This document shows, piece by piece, positions 25,740 to 37,548 of a stretch of 64,000 nt of DNA (position 1 is its first letter; each line of letters begins with the position of its first letter). The notes under the pieces are model-generated. The model ran no database searches, was not told the DNA's origin, and saw only the letters and a list, made by a program, of their open reading frames with translations. Origin of the DNA: Lama guanicoe (taxonomy: Eukaryota); contig MU056050.1 of assembly GCA_013239625.1 (NCBI GenBank), positions 6,773,838 through 6,837,837 of the forward strand. The letters run 5' to 3'. Both the position numbers and the translations under genes were made by a program.

Positions 25740-25948
25740 GCTGTCTTCTCAGAGAGCTGACTGCGGGATCCGCAGGGCCCTCTGGAGCTGCAGGGTTTCC
25801 CTGATGAAGAGATGCTGTTCAGGTACCCTGGAGCCTAGAGCCCACACCCCGAGCCACAGTAAAATGGGGGATGTAGAGAGCTGGAGTAGGAGGTGGCCTA
25901 AGCCAGGTTCAAGGCTGCATGCTGGGCTGGGCTAAGCACAGGAGCAAC
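25740..25948 (-). other. ELF4: ELF4 exon 2 5'UTR portion
   Basis: Acceptor ctctcccttctccctAG|GTTGCT immediately upstream of 25948 on the - strand. Confidence 0.75.
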
Positions 25949-28900
25949 CTAGGGAGAAGGGAGAGATGAGTAAGTCACCTTCCTTGAGCTCTGTTCCCAG
26001 GACAGATAGCCAGAAGAGGGACTGGCCAAAAGGAGAGGACAATGGGAGCAGAAGGGGGAGGGAGAAGAAAAGAGGCAGGTAAAGAAAGGAGGAGGAGCAG
26101 GAAGTTAACTGCCTCCAGTGGGCAGTGGCTGAGCCTCAGTGCCAGTCTGGGTTTCCGGCATCTGCACCTGAGTGCCCTGAACATACGCAGCCTCCCTCCC
26201 TTCTCCGCACTCCTCTGGAGAAGGAGAGAGATAGAGGGACTTTGGGTTCCCTCCACCCTGAAGATTAATCCCCAGAGGAAGGCCACAGGGGAAACCAGGG
26301 CATCCCGTCTGGCCTCATGGATGGAGCAGCAGGATGAAGAATCCTACAATTCCCTTGGCTGGGGGAAGAATCTGTGTGAGGGGGTTGATGTGGGGACATC
26401 TAGGTGTCCAGGATGCTCTTCCAGACTTTATCTGGCTCAGTTTCCTTGGGAGTCGGGGCCACTTAGTTCTGAAGGGCAGAGACTAGAGAGGAAGAAATGG
26501 CTCACTGCGGGAGTGGTCGAAGCCAATGACAGCCTGACCCTGCTGGCGGGGATGGGACTCTCAGACTCAGCCACGCCTCCAGAGAGCCTGGAGACAGAGG
26601 GACAGGCGGGCCACAGGCCCTGTGCTCTCGTCACCACCCAGCCACCACTGCCGCCCACTGGAGGACGATGGCCCCTGTGCCGTGTGTGGTTTGTGCTCTT
26701 GGTTCAGCTTTGCTTTCAGTTTCAGGACTGAACTGTCACCCTGGGAACTTGCGAGGAGAGCCCCAGCTGGGGGAGGGGCTCATGGAACCTTCCCCATCCT
26801 CCAGGGCCAGCTCTGGGCCCCCCTTTTCCAGGAAATCTGTCTGCTGCAGCCCACACGTCGTGGTCTCTCCTCTCCCTGAGGCCTCTGGGGCTCACATGGC
26901 ACCCGAGTCTCCAATTGTTTCCCGTGCTTGCTGCCCTTCTCGCGTTGTCTGTGCTGCACCCGGCCTGCCTCCCAAAGCCCTAGCTCCCTGCCCACGTCCC
27001 TTCTACCAGCCCGCTCAGTATCTCCACCCCAACACGGAGGCTTCTTCTCCTCCAGGTACCATGGGTTTGGCTCTGAGAGTTCTGCTTGGCGTGCTATCCG
27101 TGTGTGTAGGGGTGCTGGGTGCGCCTGGAGAGCTGGCTCCATGCACCATAGGAGGAGCCACACACTTGACCCCTACATCCTCGACACTCCTTGGGCAGTG
27201 CTGGGATGGCAAAACCTTCTCCCAGCCCAGAAAGAAATGAGGAACTTCAGAGAGGGACAAAGGGGAGGAGAGGGAGGGGGACCATGGGTGACCTCCCTGA
27301 TGACCGCTCTCCCCGATAGGAGACACCCAGGCCTCTCCCACTTCCTTTCCGTTAGCCCACAGGGCTGGCTCCACCCTCTCCCCACCCCCACCCTCACCCC
27401 TACACCTTTCCACCCACCCCCAACCAAAAACTTTGAGAAGTCGCTCAACTCAACCTGGCAGGTCTAAGTTTCCCTTTGGGTGAATGAGAGGCTGAGCCCT
27501 GCTAGGTCGGACAGGAGGCAGTGAAAAAACCACAGCCCCGGCCTGGCCTGCGTTCCACCACCCCTACTCTGCCCCACCCCCACCCGACCCAACACGTGAC
27601 CTGGTCCCCTGTGGCCTCCCAGGGAAGCCTCCCAGGGCCATTTATGCTTGGAAGGTCTGTCTCCCCCAGCCAAAGCGCCCCAAGGCCCGCATTCCGCAGT
27701 TCCTGCCCTCCCAGCCCCTGGCTGTCTGCCCCCAGGAAGCATTCTAATCAAAGCATACTAATCAAATGAAAGGCGATCACTTTCACCTAATCCCACTTTG
27801 TCTAAACATGAAACTCCTGTGTCTGCCCCTCTCCCCTCCAAGGTCATTCCGCCATGGCCCTTCCCTCCAGGTTTGCTCATCTCTTTGGCTTCTCTTCACA
27901 GATCAGTATGTCACGTTTGCAGCCAGTGCTCTCTGCCTGGGGAACTTCTGTGCACCCCCTTCACCTCCCCTATTAGACCGTGCTTCACTGAGGGTAGTGA
28001 AGACTGTGGAGGACATTGATGAAACTTTAGCACCCACCTGGCACCATGCTTGGCATGTGACAGACACTCAATTTGTGTCTGTGGAACAAATGCATGAATG
28101 AATGAATGGTCGGTCCTGGCCAGTCAGTAACAGTGAGGTGTGTTTTCTGGCCAGTAAGTATACCCATGTGTACAGTGGGTGTGGGGTGAGTGTCACGTGC
28201 CCTAGCTTACAGGAGAGAGAAGTGCGTGTGCTCTGTGTGCTCCATCTGTGTATTTTTGCCTTGTAATTGACAACGGGGAGTGGGAGTTCGGGAGGCAGTT
28301 CGCTGTGGGTATGCAAACACATGGTAGATACACATATGTTCAGGGTGTGTCCTTGTGTCCCAAGTGTGGGGACATGTGCGTGAGAGTGTCTGTGTGTCAA
28401 AGGGCTGCCCTGGTCAGGCCAGCAGAGCCACAAGCTCAGTCGTCAGTTCCTCCTCCTCCAGGCCTGCCTTCGTGAGAGTGAGGATGACAAACCCGAGCTC
28501 ACGCCAGCTGCAAGAGGCTGTGGTAAAATGTACTGGGGTGGGGCCCCGGGTTCTGCTGGTGACAGGGCTGCCCTGCTGCCCAGCCCACCACCCCAAACAT
28601 TCAAACTCCTAATTCTTCCCAGGAAGAGGATGGCAGCAGCAGGATAGGTATCTGGCCCATGGTCCTTGGGATGAGCACCCCTCAGCCCAAGGTCCACTCT
28701 GAAGGCAGCCCTGTGCTGTATCAGATGGAACCCTTGGCCATCATAGCAAAGAGGAGAGGTTTGAAATAAAAGAGACAAATCCAATTGCCTTCTTTAGGTG
28801 TCAGCATGTCTAGGTGTATAAATTCAGGACCTGGTTGGTGCAGGTTCCACTGGCTCCAGATTCAGAGTATTGTGAGGCTGCACCCAGCACCCAGGGCTGA

Positions 28901-31900
28901 GCCTGGTTTCTCGTTCTGCCCGAGATCGAGCCTGAAGCTAAGAAGAGGTGTGTGTTTTGGCTGTCCTACTCTCTTGGCCAAAGCAAAGTAAACTCTCCCC
29001 TCCCCTCCCCTCCATGGAACCTTCCAGTCCAGAAAGTTTCACCCTTCCCCCTTCAGATGTTTGAGGATTTGAAAGTGAGAGGTGGGGAGAGGCTCATTTG
29101 CATGCTCAGTCACTCTCCCCCAAGTCCCTCAAAATAACCTCCCTCTCCCAGGAACCTGAAACCAAAGAAGCCACCAGCACCGAAGGCCCGCCCTGCTGGA
29201 GGCCAGAGGCCCGCACCAGGGGCTCCCCTCCCTGGCTTTCTTACAGATGCCCTGGGACACATATTCAGCAGCCTAGAGCCCTAGACATTGCCTTAAGGGT
29301 GAGTAGGGAGCCAGGGGAGGTCCACACAGACACTTGGCTCAAGGAATCAGGCACCTGGGAACCATGGTAACCGGTGCTGAATTCCCTCCACCCCGCCCCA
29401 TCACTGCAGAGATCACAGCTGGCTCCAGTCAAAGTCCACTCCCAGGGTGGCAAGAGCTCCACTCCCTTTGAGGCCACTTCAGTATCCCTGGCTCCCCAGG
29501 CCTGTCTTACTTGGGCTGAAAGCAACACCTCTGTGAGAGCATATGGCCCTGGCCACAGTGCGTGAGCGTGTGTGTGTGCGTGTGTGCTCGCGCACCACAG
29601 GAGGGAGTGAGCAAGCGAGGGCGCACACACCCCTGGCCTGCAAATGCACACCTCTGGTTCTCTGTGGTTGTGACTGCATTTCAAAACCAAAATAGCAAAA
29701 TAGAAGTGGTTTGGGCTGTTCCTGCATCATCACAGCTGGGCCCCCTTCAGACCGACAGACCCTTTCTGGGGCTGTCATTGGAACCCGTCAAGCGGTGACC
29801 AGCACCCACCCGTCTGGGCCTCCTCTACAGGAAACAGCCCCTACGTGAAAGCCACGTCCACAGTCTTCGTGGAGCAACTTTAAATCTACAGCCGTTCAGC
29901 TGAGTCAATGGCTCTCACAGAAACGCTAATAACACCCGTGGCATTTTCACACACGCCAGGAAACATGGGGGCCAGATGGTCAGCCAGGCCCACAAAGCTG
30001 AGTTCTCCAGCTCCTCGTCCCTGCAGAGCCAGTTCTTGCTCCTGAAATACCCCGTCCTCCCTGAAACCTTTCTGGAATTCTCTGGAAAGGAAGTGACAAT
30101 TTCCTTCATGCCATTTCCCACTCCCTCAACACCCCCTCCCCCACAACCACAAACAAAATGGAAACTACCCCAGGAACAGCTGTACCCTCTACTTAAAAAC
30201 AGCCCCTCCTCCGGCTAATAGTCATCAAGCAGCAAACGTGTATGCTGCACCACGTGATCAGTGGGGGTGTATTTAAGGGACAGACTCAGGGATCCAGAAG
30301 TAACCTGTCTGAGGGGCTCCCCTGCCACCTTGGCCCAGTGAGGGCTGGACTCCAATCAACCAGCTGATTCCCCCTCCTTGAGCAAATGCCCAGAAAAGGG
30401 GCCCTGGCCACAGCTATTTTGTCAGCTTCTTCTCCTCTATTCCTGCCTTTCCAGCACCCCCTCTGTTTGAGATGAAATCAGGAAGAGGGAGGGAAAAAAA
30501 TAAAGGTTTTGCAAGCTTGGTTGGTTGGGGTTTCTTTGTGCTTATTTACAAGAAACCCAGTTTCCTTCCTTGGCCCTCGGTCACTGCCTGATTCCACAGT
30601 AGGGTTTGTCACAACTCTGATGCTGAGGCAGCCCAGAAGCCTTCTCCAAATGCCACTGCCTTTCTCAGCTCCAGTCTTGCCCCTACCTTCCCAGGCCTGA
30701 CGCTGGCCCAGTGGAGGGGCAGTTAGGGCCGCAGGAGATGGCAGGCCGCAGGCATAGAGATGTCCCCTCCTCTTTCTCCAGGAGACCCATCAGCCCACCC
30801 ATGGTTTACGCCTCGCGGGGAGGTGGGGGGGCGTTGGAGGAGGGAATCCTTCTCCTGGCTGCATCCCAACAAGAGGTGTGACCCCGGAAAAGTCAGCCAT
30901 CTTTCTGGGCTGTGGTTTCTGTCATCCTTAAGGTGGGTGAGGGCTGAGGGTAATCCAGGCCTAGCAGATGCTCACCAGGGAGTCTCGGGTGAATGGAGAT
31001 GGTGGTGGGAAAGTGCTTTGAAAATTAAAAAGCACTCATTCAGATGATGAGTTCCAGGTGACCTCCCAGAGAGCAAGGGGGCCTGGAGACCCCATTAAGC
31101 CTCCAGAAGTACCCCATGGCTCAAGAACACAGGGGCTGCAGGCTTCCAGCTGTCGGCTTGGAAGGGGCTGGCTCCTCTCCTGGGTTGGGGGCCCTGCAGG
31201 AAGGGGCAGGCTGCTGTGGTTGGAGGAGCGCTCCCGGTACCCTGTCCTCACCACCTTCACCCCGCCCCAGCCCTTGGGGTTGTGGTTATGTGGCAAGAAG
31301 AGCACTACAGAAGCCCCGATAGGGGATGGGTGGAGGGGGAGGGTTATGACAGAGGGAAGCTATTTCCCCAGCTGCCTTGACTCCCAGGAGCCTTGCCTTA
31401 GAAAGCCAAAAGAGCGCCCCCTGGAGGTGCCTACCAGCACCACACCCTCACCTCTAGTGCTCCAGAGACCAGGAGGCAGAGAGGCACTGAGCTCTTCTAG
31501 GGAGTGAAGAACAACTCCGTGATGGGGAGAACATGCTGCAGGAAAGGGGACAAAGCCAAGCCCGGGGTAGCTACTGAACCCCAGCATGGTGGGCTGCCAG
31601 CTCCAGTCTAGGAGAAGAGCCCAGAAGGAGGCTTCCCAGCGAGAAGACCCAGCTTTGCCTTGGGGCTTAGGTAGACGACCTTCTTCCTCCATGAAAGGGG
31701 GACAACCTCCCTAGCTCAAATCATTGTCGTGAAAGGCCAGTGAGTTCATGTAGGTGAAAGCTCTCTGTTATGTCTCCAGTGTGTTTTTAAATTTCCTGGT
31801 CGGATTTGTGTCTTTTTGGCAGAGATCACTCATTAAGCATTCAGCAGATCTTTACGTAGATGGACAGGAACAAAGGGAAATGGATGTGGTGGGATGAAAT

Positions 31901-33631
31901 GGAGGCTGAATGGGGACATAACCAAGAATGATCAAACTTATGGTAGAGAGAAGAAAGCGGCTTGACTGTGGGGAGGGGGTGGGGCTGGCGGCGGAGGCAG
32001 GGAAATCAGTGGGATAAGTGCAGAGGCCAGGTGGTGGAATTTGAACTTAATATGGAAAGCAACTGGGAGTTACTGTTGATTCTTGAGTAAGGGAGGGGCA
32101 TAAAGCAAGCAGTTCTTTTAAGATGGGTTTGGTATGAATGTACGAGTGGACGAGATGGAAGGGGACCAGGTGGGGCAGCTGGAACCAAGGAGGTGACTCC
32201 CAGAGCCACTCTGAAGGAATAAAATGACAGAGTATGGGGGCCATACAGTAGTTGTAGAGACCGTAAGATTGCAGTCTGTTCTTGCTGTGAGAATGCTAAA
32301 AGAGAGAAAGTGACTGGGGCAGGAAATGTGGCAAGAAGATGTGTTCAGCTTGGACATTTTGAAGTTGGGATTATCTTGAAAAATCCAGGAGTAATGGTGG
32401 AAAAAAGAGGGCCTAGAGAGTCGTTTTGCTAAATACGCGTGCACACACACATAACACACATGCACACACCCTGGCAGGAGCGGCCTTGACAGGCCTTCAG
32501 TGGCCAAAGAAGCAGGCCTGGCCTGGTGAGGCTGGCATTCCAGATGCGAGTCTGTGGCAGAAAACTTCACGTGCTGAATGAAAGATGCTTCCAACGGCAC
32601 ACACCCCACCCCTGCACCCAGGAAGGCCTGCCCTCTTCCACTGGGGGGAGGGGGAGGGGGAGGGAACAGATACACTGACCAGAGACTAATTAAATTCATT
32701 AGTGGGTCTTTTAGAAGCTAGGGCAATCTGTGACTGGGCACCAACAGGATATTAAGTCAGATAACTTTTATTGAAGGGACAGTGTTCTTTGTCGAGGGCC
32801 CTGCTAGCACATGTCCTAGAAACGAATGCAGAGGCTTCCTGCTCGGATCTCGCCCCCCACCCCCCACGGAAGGGGTTGTGCCAGGTTTGAGGCCTGCTCA
32901 GCTCTTGGGGCCCCTTCCAAATCACCCCTTTCCCTACTGGCCACTTCCCAGGCAAGCAAAAGCAAGGGGCCGCTGAGTGTCCCCTGCATAGAGGGCTGAG
33001 TGCAAGAAAGGATGAGGTGGAAAGAGCCTACAGGGCAGAGATGGGCAGAAGGGGAGGGCAGCTTCAGCCCCAATGTCACCAAGAGCCCGCGGAGCTCCTC
33101 CATCCCCTCTCCAGCAAGGCTGGAAGCCTCTCCTTAACTCAGACTGAGGATGTCAAAGTTAAAAGGGACCTCAGAGATCATCACATCTATCCTACCTGTC
33201 ATCCAGCTGCAGACACCAAGGAAGAAATGACTTGCTTAAGGTCACACAGCTAGTCACCATGACTCCCAGGTGACCTTTCTTCCTACCCTCCTCATTGTAT
33301 CTCAGCATCCTCAAAAAAGGCAACCCTTTCCTCTGCTGAGAACAGACAGCAGCCAGAGACCCAGGGCAGGCAAAAAACAATGAGGCCACACATGTGCAGA
33401 ACACATTTAACTTCCCCAATGACTTCCCCACCTCTGTGCTTTTGTTCATGCTAGCCCCTAGGGCTGAGGTGGCCTTCCCCAATTTCTTTCTCCAATTCTC
33501 ACACGGGCGCTCAAGATCTGAAGCAAATGCCACCTCCTTCTGAAAGCCATACCTGCTTCCTCCCCACCTGATAGATTCCCTCCTCCTCCTCTTCCTCTTT
33601 TAACACCTTAGCTTGAGTTCTTAGATTAAAG

Positions 33632-33953
33632 CAGGGGGTCTGTAGACTATGGCCTACGTGCCAAATCCAGCCTGCTGTCTGTTTTTGTATGGCCAGTGAG
33701 CTAAGAATGGTTTTTACATTTTTAAGTAATTGGGAAGAAGATCAAAATACTAATATTTCATGCCACAGGAAAGTTATACGAAGTTCCAGTTTCAGTGTCC
33801 ACAAAGTTTTATAGGAACACAGCTATGTTCATTCGTCTATGTCTTGTCTGTGGTGGTTTTGCATCATGAGTCATTGGGACAGAGTTCATACGGGCTGCAA
33901 AGCCTAAAATGTTTACTATTTGGTCCCGTGCAGGCAAACTTTGCTGACTCCTG
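33632..33953 (+). mobile_element. MER58-like hAT-Charlie DNA transposon
   Basis: cagggg...ccaaatccagcctgctgtctgtttttgtatggcc...gcctaaaatgtttactatttggtccc...tttgctgactcctg, with CAGG...CCTG-type termini. Confidence 0.78.
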
Positions 33954-36369
33954 GACTAAAGGCTTCACTCCCCTTCAGAGTGAATAGATTCATCAAGTTC
34001 CTTTTGGAGAAGAATGTCACGGAGACTTAGAGATGCCTGGAGGGAGGCATGGAACATCAAATACAAACTTGGCAGATTTTCATCAGACAGAAAGTTCTGG
34101 CCCTGGCTCTGTCCATGGTGTGACCTTGAGCAAGTCACTTCTGCCTTGTGGGCCTCAGTTTCCTCAGCTGCACAACAAGGGGGTTGGCCTGGATGGCCTC
34201 AGGCCCTTTCTGGCCCTCAGATTTAGAGACTCAGTAATCTACTGCATTTCCAACTCACACCATTTTGAGCAGACATCGTCCTGATCATTTGCTCTCAGAA
34301 TGTTCTAAGACCTTACAGAAGGTTCCCCTGCCCAGCTGTGGTTTTCAGCTACCATTGCGGGCCCCCTCACTCCATGCTCACCTGCCCCACCCCACCCTTC
34401 CCTGCTGCTGACCTGTCTGCCCTTCTCTCTGAATCCCTCTCCCTGCAAGACGAAGAGGGCCTCCTCAGAGGAAGCATCCCTCCACCCGCTGGGCCAGGAG
34501 CCTCCATTTTCGGTCAGGGTGGAGGCAGGGAAAGAAGGGCTCTCAGCTCCCCTCGGCCTCCCAGGGCCCAGAGCAGACAGGCAGTCGAGCAGCAGCAGAT
34601 AGGGCCAACTCTCCCCGCACCCCTGCTCTGCCAGAGGAAGCAGCCCCTCTCTGCCACTTCCTGTCCCAGGGGTTTCAGCAGTTTCCCCTTCTGGGCCTGC
34701 TGGCCCTCCCAGCCCCGCCCCTGCCCCACACAGGTCAGAGAGTGCAGAGAGGGGAGGGGCTCTGCAGCAGAATGGGGAGGATCCCTCACTGGAAGGCTGA
34801 GCAGACAGCTGTCTACACCAGGGGACGCCCCAGCAGCTCCTCTGCCAGCCTGCTGGGGCTGGGGGAGCCGGGATCTGGGACAGAGGTGGGGCTGTCTCTC
34901 CACAAACCCTCTCCTGTTGGCAGATGAGTAGAAGTGAGCTCATCACCTTACCTAGCTCTCACCTTGGGGAGCAGAGTCAGCTGGCTGGGTAAAAGACAGG
35001 GCTATATGCTGAGGTCAATGCCCACCTGGGCTGAGGACCAGCCCTGGGTGGCTTCAGATGGAGCAATGGGTTGAAACAAAAGAGCATGGGGAAACCAGGC
35101 CAATCATGGGGGTCACCTCGGAGCAGCAGGTGACACTGAAAGCAATGGCACGTCATAACTTTGCATGATTCTGTCCCTAGAGCCGGTAGACAGAAGCAAC
35201 AATGGAGAGCAAAGTATTCTATTACATGCGGGTCAAGGGTAGTGGTATTTTCTGGGTGATGGAACAGGAAGCTATCACATTCCATCACCACTGCTGATTC
35301 GGTGTGGTGACTTCTACTTGTAAATACCTCCTAGTTGCCCTTCAAGGTGGTGCTCCTAGCAGTGGGGCTGTGTGCCCGTGAGAGACCCAGGCAGGTGACC
35401 AGCTCTGCCTGGCTTTCCTAAGGCAATGGGTCAGAGGAACAGTAGCGGCCTGAGACTCTGGACCTCTGCCCAGTTGTCAGTCCTCCTGAGGACAGGCTAG
35501 AAGTACATGACGATGCTTCTAGATGCCCTGATGCCTGGGGTGGGGGCCTAGTAGTGGATAGACACATCCACCTCGGCCCCCTGTGCAAATATAGTTCCAT
35601 GGGTTTCCAGCAGCCCTGAGGGAAGCTAAGAGGACCCCTAGAAATGATGCTTCTCAATGGGATGATGGCCTTGATACCTCTCTCAGCTCTGAGAGGTCAT
35701 CTTCTTGGGCTTTTGGCCAACAGCCCTGCCCAGCCAGGCCTCCTGTCAAGAGAACAGTCCCTCTTTGCTGTCTCCCCTCTCCCCTCATGTGCCAGGGCCA
35801 AAAAGACTCAGTGCCCCGGTGGGTGATAGGGCCCCAATGTCCCCAAGGGGAATGCCTGCTCCACCAGGCAAGTCAGAGTAAATATTGCTTCACAGCTGGT
35901 ATGGAAGACGCCAAGGAAGCCTCAGAGACAACATCTGGATATGCACCTGGGCTCCTGCCAGCCCCTCCCTACATCTGCAGTACAAACCCAGGGCCCGGGT
36001 TTGGTTACGAGCCCGACTCAAAGCTGGTGGCACGTGTTTGGAAAGCACATCTGACTGGGTGGAGGGGGTGGAAGCACTGGAGATCAGTGCCAGCTCAGGG
36101 CAAGTGCTTGCGGGGTTGGCACCGATCTGAGCCAGTGCTGGGCCCAGGATGGCGGGCGTGGCCACTGTGACCTCAGCCACAGGCCTGTTGGGGGAGGGGC
36201 AGAGGGGCGTGGGTACTTGTTTAAAGTGGGCAAGAGTTTCTTTTGGCCCTCTGATAACACTCTAGGCTGTTCCCTCTGCTGCTGGGGAAGGGGACCAAGC
36301 GGTAAAAATTACAGGGTGATGGGGTGGATTACAGGGAAGGCGGCACAGATTTACAATTTATTGGGTACG

Positions 36370-36690
36370 AGCTGTGGGGTTGGTATCACGCCAGGCACTT
36401 TCCACAGGCTATCTTCTTTAATTCTTACATCATCCCTAACAAAGTAGCTAGTCAGTGGCAGAGCCAGGGTTTGAACCCAGGTTTATTTCTAACTACTGTG
36501 CTCTTTGAACTTGGTTTTCAGTTAAATCTCTTTAGGTAATAATCCTGTTTTAATAGTTCCATTTTAAAAACAGAAGAAGTGAGGCTCAGAAAAGATTAGG
36601 TAACATGACCAAGGTCACTCTGTCGAGAATGGAGGCAGAACTCAAACCCAGGCTGGTGTGATCGCCACGTCCATGCTTCTCCCACTACTC
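36370..36690 (-). mobile_element. MIR fragments
   Basis: cagagccagggtttgaacccagg; gaagtgaggctcagaaaagattaggtaacatgaccaaggtcac. Confidence 0.65.
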
Positions 36691-37354
36691 TGGGCTGGTG
36701 ACTACCTGCACCAATTCTTAACTCAGGAATTGCTCACAACACCCAACCTGAAAGGCTCAGAGCCCCTATGATGCCTTTCAACAAAAGCCTCCCAGGCAGT
36801 GTCCCAGCCTCCTCGGGGACTCGATCTCAAGCAAAGCTCCATCTGATAAGTGAATCCTAACGAACTGGGCCACGTCTTTACCAAAATGGTGACAAGTTGA
36901 GCCTCTGTGGTCAGCTGTGGAGGAAAGGAATTGTGGAGTAGGAAGGAGGCTTCTGGCCCTGTTCATGAAGGAGGCTGACTCTGTTCTTGTACCCCAGGAG
37001 CCTACTGTTTCCAGAGAGTTCCTGGCTCCAGACCTGGAGTGGCCCAGGCATGGTCCCTGCCCCATAAATATACACTTGCTCTCAGCTTACACATAATTTA
37101 AGTCTGGGTTCTTATCTCAGGGTGTTGGTTCACATTCAAATATTTATGGAAAGTCAGCCCTGAACAATCTCAGGTGCCGGGTCTGCGGCCAGGGGCCTGT
37201 TGCTGGACCCACCCTACTCTTCTCCGTGGTGGGGTCTCTTTGCAACTAGGTTCCCAGTAAGCTGGGTGAGCCCATCTGCCTAAACAACATTGCTGGGAGT
37301 TTTCCTCCCCCAAACACTTCTATAGCAAGTGTCGGTTCAAAACTGAGGCCCAGA

Positions 37355-37548
37355 GGTTGAGGGAAAATGGGGAGTGACTGCTAATGGGTATGGAGTTTCT
37401 TTATGGGGTGATGAAAATATTCCAAAATGGATTGTGGTGATGGATGTACAACTCTGTGAGTATACTAAAAGTCACTCAATTGTATACTTTCATTGGATGA
37501 ATTGTATGGTATTGAACTATATCTAATAAAGCTGTTTGAAAAAAAAAA
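37355..37548 (+). mobile_element. L1M 3' terminus with poly(A) tail
   Basis: ggggagtgactgctaatgggtatggagtttct...tatactttcattggatgaattgtatgg...aataaagctgtttg followed by an A run. Confidence 0.85.
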
